From positions 32,001-96,000 of IMG/VR virus record IMGVR_UViG_3300002231_001563: DNA of 64,000 nt; one strand, given 5' to 3'. This document shows positions 22,701-31,512 of the stretch, piece after piece. Under the pieces are notes generated by a model that saw nothing but the letters and a program-made list of their open reading frames with translations, was not told the DNA's origin and ran no database searches. Positions within the stretch are counted from its first letter, which is position 1. Each line of letters begins with the position of its first letter. This stretch comes from a virus. Made by a program: the position numbers and the translations under genes.

Positions 22701-24150
22701 TCCGGTGCTGAATGGCGCTACTGGTTCTGAAAGCTCACTCTTTGGGTCTAACGAGAAGCAGGCCTTCTGGGCGTATCATGCAATTCACACTGAGACGGCA
22801 GCCCCTATGACAGGGCGGTATGCTAATGCATACGCCATGCAGCTAGACGCATCAATTAACCTTTTTGGTAAAAACGGAGATAAGTGGGTTATTGAGCCAA
22901 AGTTTGAAACCCCGCACTATAATTTTAATTCCGATTCTTCAATCCGCCCCCTTACGAGCGCCAGCAATACGTTGACAATTCCCACAAATGGTTCGGAGTC
23001 CGTCCCACGAGGAATGTGGCATCAATTTGGCACCATGGAGACTGAAAAGGGAGTCTATCTTGAAGTAGACAGTATTCCGGACAACTGGCGCCTTATTCGA
23101 GGATCAGCTCCGGCTGATGACTTCACGAAGGTGTCAGGTATAGACATGAGCGTTTATCAGGCATCTTCTTTTAAATCCCTATCTCAATTGGTTGGGTTTG
23201 AGGAATCTAAAAAGTTAGGTAATACTGCCGAATCTCTCCAGGTTTCTGAGGCTGTTGTGGCCGTACCATTTATCGTCGTGGACGGTGAAAAACAATTTTT
23301 CGAAATTCCCGCAGACACTATTCGAAGCGCATTAGGCTCCTTACCTGAACAATCGGAAGATGCGGCCAGAACACGCGCCAAACGCGCCGCCAGGGCCGCT
23401 GCAGCAGGCCTAGGAGACGTCCTGGATGATTTATTGGATACTGAAGCGGAGCGCACCGCCGCACGCGTCAGGGCCGCAGCAAACGCAGCTTCTTCGGGCG
23501 CTTCATCTGCTCTCGACGAAGGGGAAACATCCATTACTACGCCTGCGCGCTCAATTATCGATATGGTAAAGAAAATGAAAAAATATGTTTTCCCCCCTCG
23601 CATGGACTTTGTTCACAATGTTGGAGCAGTAAGGCCATTTGCCATGTATATTTTCGAATTTGAATATGAGCTTGATCAGGTTGATTTAAGCTATATCTGG
23701 CAAAATGTTGCTCCGCGACCCCGCGACCAAAAGATCGTTCAAAAAGATGTTGAAATTTCCCATAAACTTTTTGCTAATGAGCTTATGGGGTCATTTGGTA
23801 ACGGAGATAACGATCCCATTCGCGATGGTTTGCGCTGGATGGTCTTCAAAGTAAAGAAAAGGGCCAATAATAACTACTATAGTAAAGTAAGAAAAAATAC
23901 GGGCCCGATAACCCAGCAGCATCCCTATAGCTATAACTGGCCGTATGATTTCTTTTCTCTGGTGGAGTTTGTGAAAATGGATGCAAAAATTGGCTTTGGA
24001 AAGGGCCTTAAGGATAAAGGGATATCGCAAGAGGTTTTCGAAGTGCGAGAGGATCCTTTAAAAATCGCCCAAAAGCGCAAAAAGATGCGAGGAGGAAAAG
24101 AGGAGGAGACTCCACAAGAAAATAATCCACCCGGGAGACTTAGAAAATGA
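13741..24150 (+). CDS. Giant baseplate wedge/fibre protein (gp7-like segment plus about three LamG domains), about 3470 aa
   Basis: Start at 13741 gives an ATGA overlap with the upstream stop. YKSKGNIKAFRNVMRCYG resembles the gp7/gpI YK.KGT motif. LamG motifs: TIEFWMK..WHHYAFTF..GSIDEFRYW; KWNFALRF..LGSVRYW; TLSAWVHP..WFHILY..IYVNG..FEGSITEVSIF. Confidence 0.65.
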   Translation: MSIRDLFDKNIPTSIVTSRDLAELGKDVESAANITQKIRQKTRFIPQKDYGDPKNFAHFGSAVQYYNDAFSRIANQYPYDGSLSEQTKFINDSTFLDLYIFDKLYPRRTGYVKIAPSGFGVSGGSTAFSGTSIGLPVSLEYIQAIGGPHTASSGMIGQPLEKTFAHSNIYDTAQDRESNLKCDMESGVTIEFWMKKSSLFNSLTETEIEVPAMLSNGVSGSVMVLIDTTTPGDDTRNRISIKATSGSAYVGSWNTGLTNVQILDNKWHHYAFTFKNTATTLTAQAFYDGAPYSSGTAAPAPMGEVTGALKLNIGSARTLRWDAGGLDLTIPADGYGKLTGSIDEFRYWKTARTAEDIGRYWFTQYGGGTNTDLANTSLGVYYKFNEGITGITATDSTTLDYSGRISNGTWVGYTSGARSTGSAIDTYLGRQSEFRDPIIYTDHPAVISLQDSLIGSASAYDLQNNSSIYRSLPSWIVDEDGNSGQELLKLTQILSSYLDTLYLQIENYPRLKDIQYPGPDSKPIPFAHKLLEGYGLATSEMFVDATILEQISNRNEEAKFDEDLSDIKNLIYKNIYNNLVYIYKSKGNIKAFRNVMRCYGIDTDLVKINLYGDNTTYRLRDNYETLSTRKKYIDFNHPSRYGGTLYQQDLGLGSTARSYITGSRTTQEIYTAFTLEGEAIFTTPQPVKQADYFATPFITSSLFGFHGVSPVAPSNLAFPGSDDFVNVYAVREAAESPNVKFCFVYGVSGITLGTVMSPLFYDVYNNQKWNFALRFKSTKEGGNLVSGSTTGNDYILELYGANAEAGQISQQFTITASLPVGLGVNRYKYLSEPKRIYAGAHRQDFVGAILQSTDIKLGSVRYWTKYLEDGEINSHARDPQNFGSLAPHQSTYLYPTSLTGTHIPQIETLALNWEFDTITGSNASGRFKVLDLSSGSANKQDKYRWMGDIVGTNHPASASFFPANSSKALDTRFVYTAQQTLPENIQGHNMVSIGENDNIFKKTTRPVEYFFAIEKSMYQNISQEILNVFATIADFNTLIGDPVNRYRGEYKALQKLRQLFFERVENEPDLDRYIEFYKWIDSSLTTFLMQLVPASARFSNSMRTMVESHVLERNKYRTKFPTLDLEIPELSVGIAGINELLEDWETDHHPVSGRQDENCPWWKTRAERRGVISSGVPTVDENRSAYLSASLQVLNRQRTTPYKYGVEKATILKGGSNFYDNKIGDYVKNTLPWMDSGATTGLYILSGNIEPYTCSDPPPPNTKRKLKYGVFTADSGMASFPNSYNYTSGKGEMFVPFSIYSASYVNAFSQNLVTALGYNLEITNVDNDSYGVSEGVPMQGPFTDKFVGGNQYRHVDPNLDGTDTPLTRPEAWRLRAGTGVVKIARQPFQRPRAMLYRDMVAKRPLNLQNIKQVNGTDTRYVSGTLQAQIGNYRKSYEIVQAPGRTTNNRAWVRKGPWILNDALDPSHLTASMFVGGMFDAPEIDRGRTGYVMVSRFSSPGGPDTAGDSNGGPGLDRFAAEFSPNNEMNWRNSEVRDPLRKWLLTPHVNQFGFYSGVPDRIASSSVNATNYRGTGSFYQINRNRRRVIKEVAPGTLGTASVYDNYYIQHPIPSTDLRYAWITASYLSTTPVGLGYWPTEFYIPDLYTASIGPVNFVSASAQSYSIPVDFVGMNNLVYSPIMDRYAYAKDGPSGLRVNLDTRQEAAAFDYKNILEYKNSNITTPPDIDMLNILDLHRNGPYQAPNWKFMRTAQSPTARYLRKNNFIGCTGQRYITPSYMVSPKLVEDTQTTLYYEPAVSKISTPFEIMVGTQGPGAPQCQDPNVSSTDASSEVVVSLGVSLINAYGFANENLTKCAKGVVTIANNDDSGGPDTACLQTDTGYGTMTGMYLYGALDDDSSPVDSFVEAKYQSPVFPAAINQFSRFSRARSLYYNRFWNSSRATRTTRGETKFISHATSQGWDVPQSEWALDANANFTMGPIYNANTATGSTAGELQNDYAQCHGASMFTSSWFLSCSAVNVNAGFTPTRNLNFGSVLYNGIFTPLMGTPKTAGTYAREFAERAIVRPLTGTYADTGVPNAYTLSAWVHPERVLPPVKPPSLRNDKKYNIISFLSADHPKPATKVAGQCAVQLFLTGGVPALQNRRIGVRTMVSSAAGGIQIDEGYTDSALMNGWFHILYCYDATAPGDTSVGNDRHKIYVNGELRPLVASSSLPDGLASVFYGQINPSTGAIGSDASYNFNMSTLTGGVNPTPALGEYFINGLFEGSITEVSIFNYSLHTMDATRLPAAMYNGGCPPDLSKITFFQQEAYKPSAWYRVGAFKGPAIGPQYQPGLRKLGPGDIPGSSSWNPAEPPPVGPSMTGSRLVNLAAVYWDSEDGLLSKGDGYPVVDYSISAGSATFNMSFHNQMDLADRPCRSGYRVGSAENIHSAPLYNRKHTVDTPFSVTPFGWSLPSSSYPTETTWPIRNRAVSMDIPELSASINKWISTYPVAVLTSDADAIAHPLGEIQINGGNALFEANRLAGYEKDGTWLPIPSAPSYDTYGDYSQYMHLKNQDFSIVPEFRISDHMGFYLNDNRGDFLAENNSLFSIPGSTSSAASNVPLNSSDESFYQVFSNSDFLRHFSIIKQDHKGFADPSAITLRCSGLMKFLPYDGFFPSERSLQIASQFSQSYSSFLEYAGLDSSLADARMRPFMAPFFQPGIIYNTIKAGLAVDYPLYTSSYNVINYASYRYAGGSRLNSNYYALGTQKVYNPPATLFSASWDVRIPFEAAVEPEKYAAGYFIYDAEPHPSSALDVQVRWNGGGDNLYKRMMSNYLAAIPEFFLPEGTFTSLSSKSEKNFANVRSGTNYGMRVKLRRTLNKPRAWRSYTNPEPIITYDVPQDPRNLSGIAKDLKETFTMYSRPSAFGPPVAASDFLGYTPSLTPDNLNVVYFNTDLYPSDSLMGINPSFTPPYYGGESWADIVYAATSSGPVTLDEIFAASTVNLWRIDASPVLNGATGSESSLFGSNEKQAFWAYHAIHTETAAPMTGRYANAYAMQLDASINLFGKNGDKWVIEPKFETPHYNFNSDSSIRPLTSASNTLTIPTNGSESVPRGMWHQFGTMETEKGVYLEVDSIPDNWRLIRGSAPADDFTKVSGIDMSVYQASSFKSLSQLVGFEESKKLGNTAESLQVSEAVVAVPFIVVDGEKQFFEIPADTIRSALGSLPEQSEDAARTRAKRAARAAAAGLGDVLDDLLDTEAERTAARVRAAANAASSGASSALDEGETSITTPARSIIDMVKKMKKYVFPPRMDFVHNVGAVRPFAMYIFEFEYELDQVDLSYIWQNVAPRPRDQKIVQKDVEISHKLFANELMGSFGNGDNDPIRDGLRWMVFKVKKRANNNYYSKVRKNTGPITQQHPYSYNWPYDFFSLVEFVKMDAKIGFGKGLKDKGISQEVFEVREDPLKIAQKRKKMRGGKEEETPQENNPPGRLRK

Positions 24151-25148
24151 CATTTTTTGATAAAAAAGAAGAAGTTTTAGATATTCAACTCACTCCCTTC
24201 GGTAAACAAATGTTGTCAATAGGCAAGTTTAAGCCCGTTTATTATGCCTTTTATGACAATAATATTCTCTATGACGGCGCACACGCTGGCATTGAAGAAG
24301 TGCAGAATGACATTGAAGAAAGAATACAGGATAATACCCCCCAGAATAAAACACAGCACTCCTTTTCCTCCCGCGAACATGATTTCTCCAAATATCTCCA
24401 CGCACGAGATGACCTCTCATTGCCAGAGATCGATCGAATTCGAATTCAAGCAACTCCCGAAAAAGAGTTTTCTTTAGTGCGCCCTATGGGGACTTCCGAT
24501 CTTGATTCTACTCAGGCACCCAATTGGAAAATTACATTACTGGAGGGAGAAATAGAAAAGGCGTCCCATTTTCTAACTAGTTCTTTCCAGGATCTACCCA
24601 TTCCTCAATTGGATATTAATTTTACTTATACGACAAAAGTAGTGGATAATTCCACTACTCCCTCTAGCTTCATTGATCCTAATTCTACCGCACCCGATGA
24701 TTTAACGAATTATATATTTAGCGATGGCTCGCGAATAGATATTGATATTAAAGATGGCTACAGCAATTTATTATTCATGGTGGAAGAAGGCGGCACGCCT
24801 TTTCAAAAGGAAAATTTTGATGTGGAAGTATATTATGTAGAGCCATCTGACGGGTCTTATACTCCTCTATCATTTACTCAAAAGATGAGCAATATTATAA
24901 ATGGCCTCTTCGTTCCGGAGTCTCAGCGTTCGGATACAAATATTGATGAGACGTATGTGGAATTTTTCTTTGATTTAAATACCGACACTCACATCAACAA
25001 GAGGGATTTGTGTGAAGGAATTCAGAATGTTAAATCACAAGGACTATATATTGATTCAGAGTTAGATTGTATTGATACAGCTAATACTCCCACCACCCTA
25101 AGTCCTTACTCGACAAATACATCCGAACCTGATTGTTCAGATAAATAA
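24147..25148 (+). CDS. Putative baseplate/fibre-attachment protein
   Basis: N-terminus LDIQLTPFGKQMLSIGKF..YYAFYD parallels the N-terminus of 31542..32519; ATGA overlap with upstream gene. Confidence 0.5.
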   Translation: MTFFDKKEEVLDIQLTPFGKQMLSIGKFKPVYYAFYDNNILYDGAHAGIEEVQNDIEERIQDNTPQNKTQHSFSSREHDFSKYLHARDDLSLPEIDRIRIQATPEKEFSLVRPMGTSDLDSTQAPNWKITLLEGEIEKASHFLTSSFQDLPIPQLDINFTYTTKVVDNSTTPSSFIDPNSTAPDDLTNYIFSDGSRIDIDIKDGYSNLLFMVEEGGTPFQKENFDVEVYYVEPSDGSYTPLSFTQKMSNIINGLFVPESQRSDTNIDETYVEFFFDLNTDTHINKRDLCEGIQNVKSQGLYIDSELDCIDTANTPTTLSPYSTNTSEPDCSDK

Positions 25149-25167
25149 AGAGGGTTTTTAGAACTCT

Positions 25168-25175
25168 ACTATTTA
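25168..25175 (+). promoter_or_regulatory. Candidate late promoter motif ACTATTTA
   Basis: Intergenic, 24 nt before ATG 25200; motif recurs in most intergenic gaps. Confidence 0.55.
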
Positions 25176-25199
25176 GTAATGCGGAGAAAATAATATAGC

Positions 25200-28100
25200 A
25201 TGAGCATTGAAACAATAAACTCTCCTTCGGGAGACTCGCTGGCTACCGACGTTAACGTATCGCCACTCCCTTTAGTACATTTTGATAATATTACCCTCGA
25301 TTCACCTCCCTCTATGTCAACAGGGGAAACTAAAATTTCTCAACCTCTCGTAACAACGTTAAAGTTACATCTGGAAATTCCTGTCGAATCCGATTCAGTT
25401 ATAGATATTAACAATATTGTCGATAACTTGTCTATTTTTTTGATAAGCTCTCAAAGCGCAAAAAACGATAGACAACTAGAGAGGGGATCCATCCCCGCTG
25501 ACGTTAAACGCCGCCAATTGCCCCTAGCGTCTTTGGTGGATATCGCCGAACTAGAACACAAATTAGAAAAGAAAATATTCACAACATCCTCATCGGGACA
25601 GAAATTTTTAGAGATTTTTTTTGAGATAAGTGAAACTACTCTCTCTACTCCCGATCATCTCTCCTATTATGCCTGCACACATTTGGATATGGGAGATATA
25701 TTGGAAGCTGTTGGGCTTGACCAACCCGGCTTCTCCTATTACAGTGGAATGAGCGCCGAAAATGTTATCAAAGAGGGTAAAGTCAATACGACGGCTTTTG
25801 TCTTTATAATAACTTCCCCAGGCCCCAACGCCGGCTCATATTGGACGGGCCCTGTTATGAAAAAACCCAATGGATCATGGATGACGGCAAAACTATCAGT
25901 TGCTGGCCTAGTCCCTACACAGCCCCCTTCCGACCTGGAGCAAAGAATAGTCTCCAATTCCACAATTCATGATTTACGTGTTGCTCAAACCATTCCTTCT
26001 TTGAATATCGATTTGAAGCCCGCTAAGATGTTTCCCCTCACTATTAAGGGAAATAATCGTTTTGATAATTCTACCCCCACACCAGATGCCTATATTTCCA
26101 ATGCTTTCTTGTCGCGCGATATGCACAATAATTGTCGATTTATATTTGAATTTGATTATCACGGCTTTCTGGTTGCGGAAAGCCAATTTGGAAAGATGCT
26201 CACCAATCCTTTTGTCCCACTCAATACCAAAAAGAAAATCTATGCATATTCTCGAATCACTAATTTGCAGATTATTCGTCGACAGGTGGAAGTAGCCCGC
26301 TCTTATAACCGTCTCAGTTCTCCTATTTTGGGCATCAGTCGCTCGCAGCTAGATCCAGAGGAAGTGCTCATCGTTGAGACCTCATCGGATAAGGCAAAAA
26401 ACAACTTACTATCTACAGTGGTTGCTTATGCTCCGGGCAACGCCAATGGCATGATAAATTCTCAAGTAGGGACAATTATGGAGTATCCTTTGATCAGTGG
26501 ATCTCCCCGCGAAACACGCACTATTCTAGTTACAGATAACTCGGTGCAGCAGTTAACCGACGGAACTTATCAATACGGGACGCAAATTGAAGTAGAAGAT
26601 GGTACGGTAAAATTTTTAAACGATCGAATTTTAAGACTTATTAGGGTAAAGGAATATCTAGTTGAATATCTCCATGTTCTGGAGAGGCCCACAGGCGCTC
26701 AGCAAAATAATTCTGCCAAATATATGGAGAAATATTATGATCTTTATTTTGGGAAACAAGACCGCCAAAGTAACATCGACGCTATCGAGATAAATAACTT
26801 ACGCAATGAAGTTGGTATGCCAGTTGGTAATCTTGATTCTCGATCAATACTGTATCCCTGGATTTTAGCAACAGAATATTATGTAGACACCCTCCAGGCT
26901 ATTTCTGACTTTAAAGAGGCTCCAGCTAATAATGTCATGAGATCTCCAGACCTCATTCGGACACCAGCGGCCATTTTAGAAGAAAAAAACAAAAAGAGAA
27001 GTCCTTCGGATTCACTTGCGGTGACTCCACGTTACGAATCTTCTGTAAAACCAGGCGAGATCCGCAATGCATTAAAAAATTTATTGGACCCAGCCAACGC
27101 GTCTCCAGAGACAATCCTCCAAGTGCTTTCTTTATACGATTATTTACTAGAAAAAGTGAGAGCTATGTTGGGCCACAATGCCCAGATGTACGAGCCGCCA
27201 AGAGCCACAAAGATGCTAGGAGTTTCTAAAAACTATAAGGTCGCATTGCTCTCTCTCAAAGATTATTTTGTAGAATTATACGACGCTCAATTATCTACTT
27301 ATCCGGCTGTAGATTATATAGGATTTATGGGATCCCCCGGTAGCTATGCGTCCCAAAGCCCCCCGCAAGACACCCAATTTCAAATATCTCCAACCGCAAA
27401 TACCAATGCTTTCGAGAATCCAGCGCCAGATACGTCGCAGAATAGCGATAATGTTCCCGGACTATTGGGTTTGTCAGCAGATGATTTCGACACGCGTATA
27501 GAAGATGAAAAGCAGATGGCGGAACAATTGGGGGGGAATTTCGCACCTACGACGACAGGAAATACAAGTCAATCCACTCCAAGTCCGTCCGACAAAAAGG
27601 ATAAATTACAAAAATTAAAAGCCCTCAAGGCGGAGAAGCAAGCTAACAAAGCTGCGAACGATATGATCCCCAGTACTTCCACCAGTGCAGTCTCTCCATC
27701 CCTAGCCTCCAACTCCGCCACAGCTGCCGCCCCAACGCTTCCAGTGGAGACGCAGGAGGAGTCGACCCCATCGTCGCCCCCTGGTGGCGGTGGTATGATG
27801 ACTACTTACAACTCTTCCACAACGAGTGGATTTGAGAAGGATCCAGGCAACAACAATATGGCCTCTCCATCTGCACCTATAACCTTATCAGCGCCTACGT
27901 CCGCCCCGACAACTGCTCCTCTATTTCTAAGCCCATCGGTCTTGGACTCGAAAGAAGGATTAGTTATAGAGCGCTCAAGCGTAGTCGGCGAAACCTGGAA
28001 CCCTGCAGTATATGAAGATCTACAGACCCTTGTCGTAGGAAAATCTTTGGGAAGAGCATTTCCTTCTGCAGGTGCCGGCGTGGATGCTACATTCGATGGA

Positions 28101-29027
28101 GTAATGGGCGCCCTCAATATCACACCTCAGTCAAATAAGACCCCCATGAGTGTGGAGATTAGTTTGCAGGACGTCGGCCAAGGTTCGCCTACCGATGTTG
28201 TTCCTGCACGAGAGATTTTTGGTAATAATAGCCGCCAAATTGCAGGCCATCAGGAATCTTCCCCTAACCAATGTATTCCAGGAGCAGAAGCGGGCGCTGG
28301 CAATCTTGAGATGGAAATGTGCGAGCAACGCTCTAATGCGCGCCCCATAACCCAAGGTTTTATGGATGTAGTCGCCCGCAATGGCGCCCTGAGCCAAGTA
28401 AGACAAAAGGCGGACGGAAATCCTCAGATGTTAGGAAAAATATATGACCGAGGGCGCTCTAATCCTCAGGCTAGAAATAAACTGCAGCAACTGGCACAGC
28501 GAGGAGGCACTCCTGCACAATATAGGAAATATGCAGAAGCTCAGCTGGCCCGGAAGGGGCCCCTTTCACGGGGCGAAGCCGGAGCCCCAGCAATGAAAAG
28601 ATTTACTTTAGATATGTTGGCTAAGATTATGGTATTTGACGGCTATGCAGCAGATGGCGACGGAAATTTCATGATAAAGAGGCCGGTTTTCCGCACCTTG
28701 GATGAGATGACGTGGAAAAAGATGCTCCTCCAATTAAAAAATCCAAATAATAATATCCGCGCACTGCTGTGTAAAGTAGAGCCCGCCTATGATCCCTCTT
28801 TGGAAATTGGAACAGTGGATGGACTGCAACTTGTGAGTGCAAACTCTTATTTCCTCATAACACAAAATTCTCTAGCTTTAGTGGATATACCTAATGATTT
28901 CCTAGGCGCCACTCAATATAACCGAGAGTTTAGTCCAACGAAAACACGTACACCCAGTCCACGCGCCGTAAGGAGCATAGTGGTCAACACCATCCCTGAT
29001 ATTCGATCCGGCTTAGGGGGTAAATAA
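25200..29027 (+). CDS. Large hypothetical structural protein with Ser/Thr/Pro/Ala-rich low-complexity region
   Basis: 1275-aa ORF in the tail module; low-complexity stretch at about 27350-27920. Confidence 0.6.
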   Translation: MSIETINSPSGDSLATDVNVSPLPLVHFDNITLDSPPSMSTGETKISQPLVTTLKLHLEIPVESDSVIDINNIVDNLSIFLISSQSAKNDRQLERGSIPADVKRRQLPLASLVDIAELEHKLEKKIFTTSSSGQKFLEIFFEISETTLSTPDHLSYYACTHLDMGDILEAVGLDQPGFSYYSGMSAENVIKEGKVNTTAFVFIITSPGPNAGSYWTGPVMKKPNGSWMTAKLSVAGLVPTQPPSDLEQRIVSNSTIHDLRVAQTIPSLNIDLKPAKMFPLTIKGNNRFDNSTPTPDAYISNAFLSRDMHNNCRFIFEFDYHGFLVAESQFGKMLTNPFVPLNTKKKIYAYSRITNLQIIRRQVEVARSYNRLSSPILGISRSQLDPEEVLIVETSSDKAKNNLLSTVVAYAPGNANGMINSQVGTIMEYPLISGSPRETRTILVTDNSVQQLTDGTYQYGTQIEVEDGTVKFLNDRILRLIRVKEYLVEYLHVLERPTGAQQNNSAKYMEKYYDLYFGKQDRQSNIDAIEINNLRNEVGMPVGNLDSRSILYPWILATEYYVDTLQAISDFKEAPANNVMRSPDLIRTPAAILEEKNKKRSPSDSLAVTPRYESSVKPGEIRNALKNLLDPANASPETILQVLSLYDYLLEKVRAMLGHNAQMYEPPRATKMLGVSKNYKVALLSLKDYFVELYDAQLSTYPAVDYIGFMGSPGSYASQSPPQDTQFQISPTANTNAFENPAPDTSQNSDNVPGLLGLSADDFDTRIEDEKQMAEQLGGNFAPTTTGNTSQSTPSPSDKKDKLQKLKALKAEKQANKAANDMIPSTSTSAVSPSLASNSATAAAPTLPVETQEESTPSSPPGGGGMMTTYNSSTTSGFEKDPGNNNMASPSAPITLSAPTSAPTTAPLFLSPSVLDSKEGLVIERSSVVGETWNPAVYEDLQTLVVGKSLGRAFPSAGAGVDATFDGVMGALNITPQSNKTPMSVEISLQDVGQGSPTDVVPAREIFGNNSRQIAGHQESSPNQCIPGAEAGAGNLEMEMCEQRSNARPITQGFMDVVARNGALSQVRQKADGNPQMLGKIYDRGRSNPQARNKLQQLAQRGGTPAQYRKYAEAQLARKGPLSRGEAGAPAMKRFTLDMLAKIMVFDGYAADGDGNFMIKRPVFRTLDEMTWKKMLLQLKNPNNNIRALLCKVEPAYDPSLEIGTVDGLQLVSANSYFLITQNSLALVDIPNDFLGATQYNREFSPTKTRTPSPRAVRSIVVNTIPDIRSGLGGK

Positions 29028-31480
29028 TGGCTGATAGTACTAAAAGTTATAAAACAAGAAACTCCGACCCCCTCTTTGAGGCCGCAGAATCTTCCTCGGA
29101 AGTGAAAACTGCCTATTCTACTGCGATCTCCAATCTTTCGACTGCTAATTTCATACAACTCAGACAAACCCTTAAATTTACCCAAACTGCGGCCTTTGAT
29201 GATAGCAATCAAACGTGGGAGGAATATGTTAAGGGAAATTTTGAAGATTACATCAACCAACACAGCTCCCCCACCGCCTCTATCCGCGATATCACTTTTA
29301 CACGCCCTGTTCCTTCTGTAATAAAGGACTTTTCTCCTTTTGTGGATCAGTTGGTAGGGATAAATGAGGTAAAAGAGGAGTTTGTAATTAATTTTTTAGA
29401 GCAAAAATATGAATCTGCCATTGCATCTTCAAATGTGGAAGAAACGTCGCTCCCTAATTTTTATCAAACTTTGGAGGACCTCGGTTCCGTGACCGATTCT
29501 TATTTTGATAAATATGCGGATAATATCCCTCCGGCAGACACGCGCTATGAAAATATTATGATTCCCATGGACAACTATAAAGAGCTGGGTCAATGGAATA
29601 ATTGGGCCCCCGTTTTCCCCCTAGAAACTCGGCTAAGCCCCATTAATGCTTCGATAGTGGGCCCCACCGAAGTTATAACTGCTCTCGATAAGTCTAATTT
29701 AGACTGCCTGTTGATGAAAACATCCTTTTTGATGGATGGTCGATTTGAACAAGGGGAATTGGAAAGTGTCCTTCCCTTTGAATATGCTACTCTTGAAATG
29801 ACCCAAACTTATTCCGACGGAGCCCTTTCGGCCCAAGTAATAAGTCGATCTCTTTTAGATTTGCTCGGATGGTCTCGTGATGTGGTAAATATTTCTCACG
29901 CGTTGAGTGCTGATAAGGTGATCACTAACGCCATTCCTCAAAATAAAATTTATTTAGGACCCAACAATCAGGCCATCACGGTGGCCGAAAACAAAGGAAG
30001 TGATTTGGAGAAGATTTTAGCTTCCGCCTCCTTCCTTATGAATCTAAAATCTATTATCCCAGGAAAAGCGCGCTCTTATGAGGATTTGGTGGCCAAAAAA
30101 GAGAGCTATAGTGAAATATTATTTTATAAAATAGAAAAAAGATCCTCCGTCGACGCTTATTATCCGGTTCAAACTATCTGGATCCCAAACATTCCGCAGA
30201 TAAATCCCCTTGAATATATCGATACCCAAGTTAAATATAATAAAACCTATTATTATAGAGTATTTGCCTACAATATGGTAGTAGGAACAAAATATTATTA
30301 CGATGCGAGTACGTTTGAGGCCTCATATGATTCCACCACCGTGATTGATTATGTGGCCGGCCCTGACCCCCACACCTCAGTCTCAGATCTGGCCCCGGTA
30401 TCGACTACCACGGGTGGTGTTCCTAATGTGGGATATAGCGTCGGAACGACGCAAAATTTACAGCAAAGCGGCATCGTCACTACCAATCCAAATTTGGGAG
30501 CAGGACTTGGTTTTGATCCTTATGGGCAAAAACTCGGCGCCATAAATGCTTCGGGCTTCAAGCCTCTGCAAACTAACCAGAGTGCCCCACCACCCGTAGA
30601 TTTAACCTCTGTCGCTCACCCTTTCTTTAAGGTGGGCGTCGTGTGTGAGCCAACCGTTGACCTCATTAGGACAGAGTTTTTTGATTTTCATGGAACTATT
30701 TTAGATGATCCCCCTATGATACCCGATGTGAATTTTATTTCGTATGTTGATGTTGACAACACTATTACGGTGGACATGAGGGCTCAAATAGGCGAATATA
30801 AAGGTCCCGCAGTTATTCTAAATTCCTCGGAAGCCCAATACATTGATGATTTGAGAAGCGTGAGGGGCCTAAGTTCATCTGATTTAATAACGTATCGAAC
30901 GGATGACGAAATCGCCTCGTTTGAAATTTATCGATGCGATACTTTGCCAACGTCCTATAATGATTTTTCTTCCAAATTACGAGATACAACTTCTACTTTA
31001 CAAAGAAGTGATTTTGATCTTATTTATTCGTGGAGTTCGTCGTATGAGGACAAGATCGAGCCCAACAAGATATATTATTATATGATTCGGGCTGTCGATA
31101 TCCATGGCCACAAGTCTTTTCCGTCACCGGTTTACAAGGTGACGCTCGTTAATGACTCTGGGGCTATTTACCCCCTCATCGATACAATTGAGATTAAACC
31201 TCCCCCCAAATCACAACAAAAAACAAAGAGTTTTAAAAAATTCCTTCAATTAGTGCCGAATGTGGCACAAGTGATGGTGGATTATGAGGCGGGGATTAAA
31301 GACTCTGCAGGGCTGATGCCCTCATCGGCTTTCGGCCATGAAGAGGATATTGAATTGGGGGTTGTAGCTCCCAAATTATTTGGAAAACCCGGTCGAACTT
31401 TTAAAGTGCGGCTGGTATCCAAAAATACTGGAAAGAAGCTAGATTTGAATATTACGTTTAACGTAGAAAATGAATTGTAA
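29027..31480 (+). CDS. Structural protein with two FN3-like motifs
   Basis: IDTQVKYNKTYYYRVFAYN and YEDKIEPNKIYYYMIRAVDIHGHKSFPS resemble FN3 C-terminal strands. Confidence 0.5.
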   Translation: MADSTKSYKTRNSDPLFEAAESSSEVKTAYSTAISNLSTANFIQLRQTLKFTQTAAFDDSNQTWEEYVKGNFEDYINQHSSPTASIRDITFTRPVPSVIKDFSPFVDQLVGINEVKEEFVINFLEQKYESAIASSNVEETSLPNFYQTLEDLGSVTDSYFDKYADNIPPADTRYENIMIPMDNYKELGQWNNWAPVFPLETRLSPINASIVGPTEVITALDKSNLDCLLMKTSFLMDGRFEQGELESVLPFEYATLEMTQTYSDGALSAQVISRSLLDLLGWSRDVVNISHALSADKVITNAIPQNKIYLGPNNQAITVAENKGSDLEKILASASFLMNLKSIIPGKARSYEDLVAKKESYSEILFYKIEKRSSVDAYYPVQTIWIPNIPQINPLEYIDTQVKYNKTYYYRVFAYNMVVGTKYYYDASTFEASYDSTTVIDYVAGPDPHTSVSDLAPVSTTTGGVPNVGYSVGTTQNLQQSGIVTTNPNLGAGLGFDPYGQKLGAINASGFKPLQTNQSAPPPVDLTSVAHPFFKVGVVCEPTVDLIRTEFFDFHGTILDDPPMIPDVNFISYVDVDNTITVDMRAQIGEYKGPAVILNSSEAQYIDDLRSVRGLSSSDLITYRTDDEIASFEIYRCDTLPTSYNDFSSKLRDTTSTLQRSDFDLIYSWSSSYEDKIEPNKIYYYMIRAVDIHGHKSFPSPVYKVTLVNDSGAIYPLIDTIEIKPPPKSQQKTKSFKKFLQLVPNVAQVMVDYEAGIKDSAGLMPSSAFGHEEDIELGVVAPKLFGKPGRTFKVRLVSKNTGKKLDLNITFNVENEL

Positions 31481-31512
31481 ATTTTAATTATTGTATTTTT
31501 TAATTATATAAT

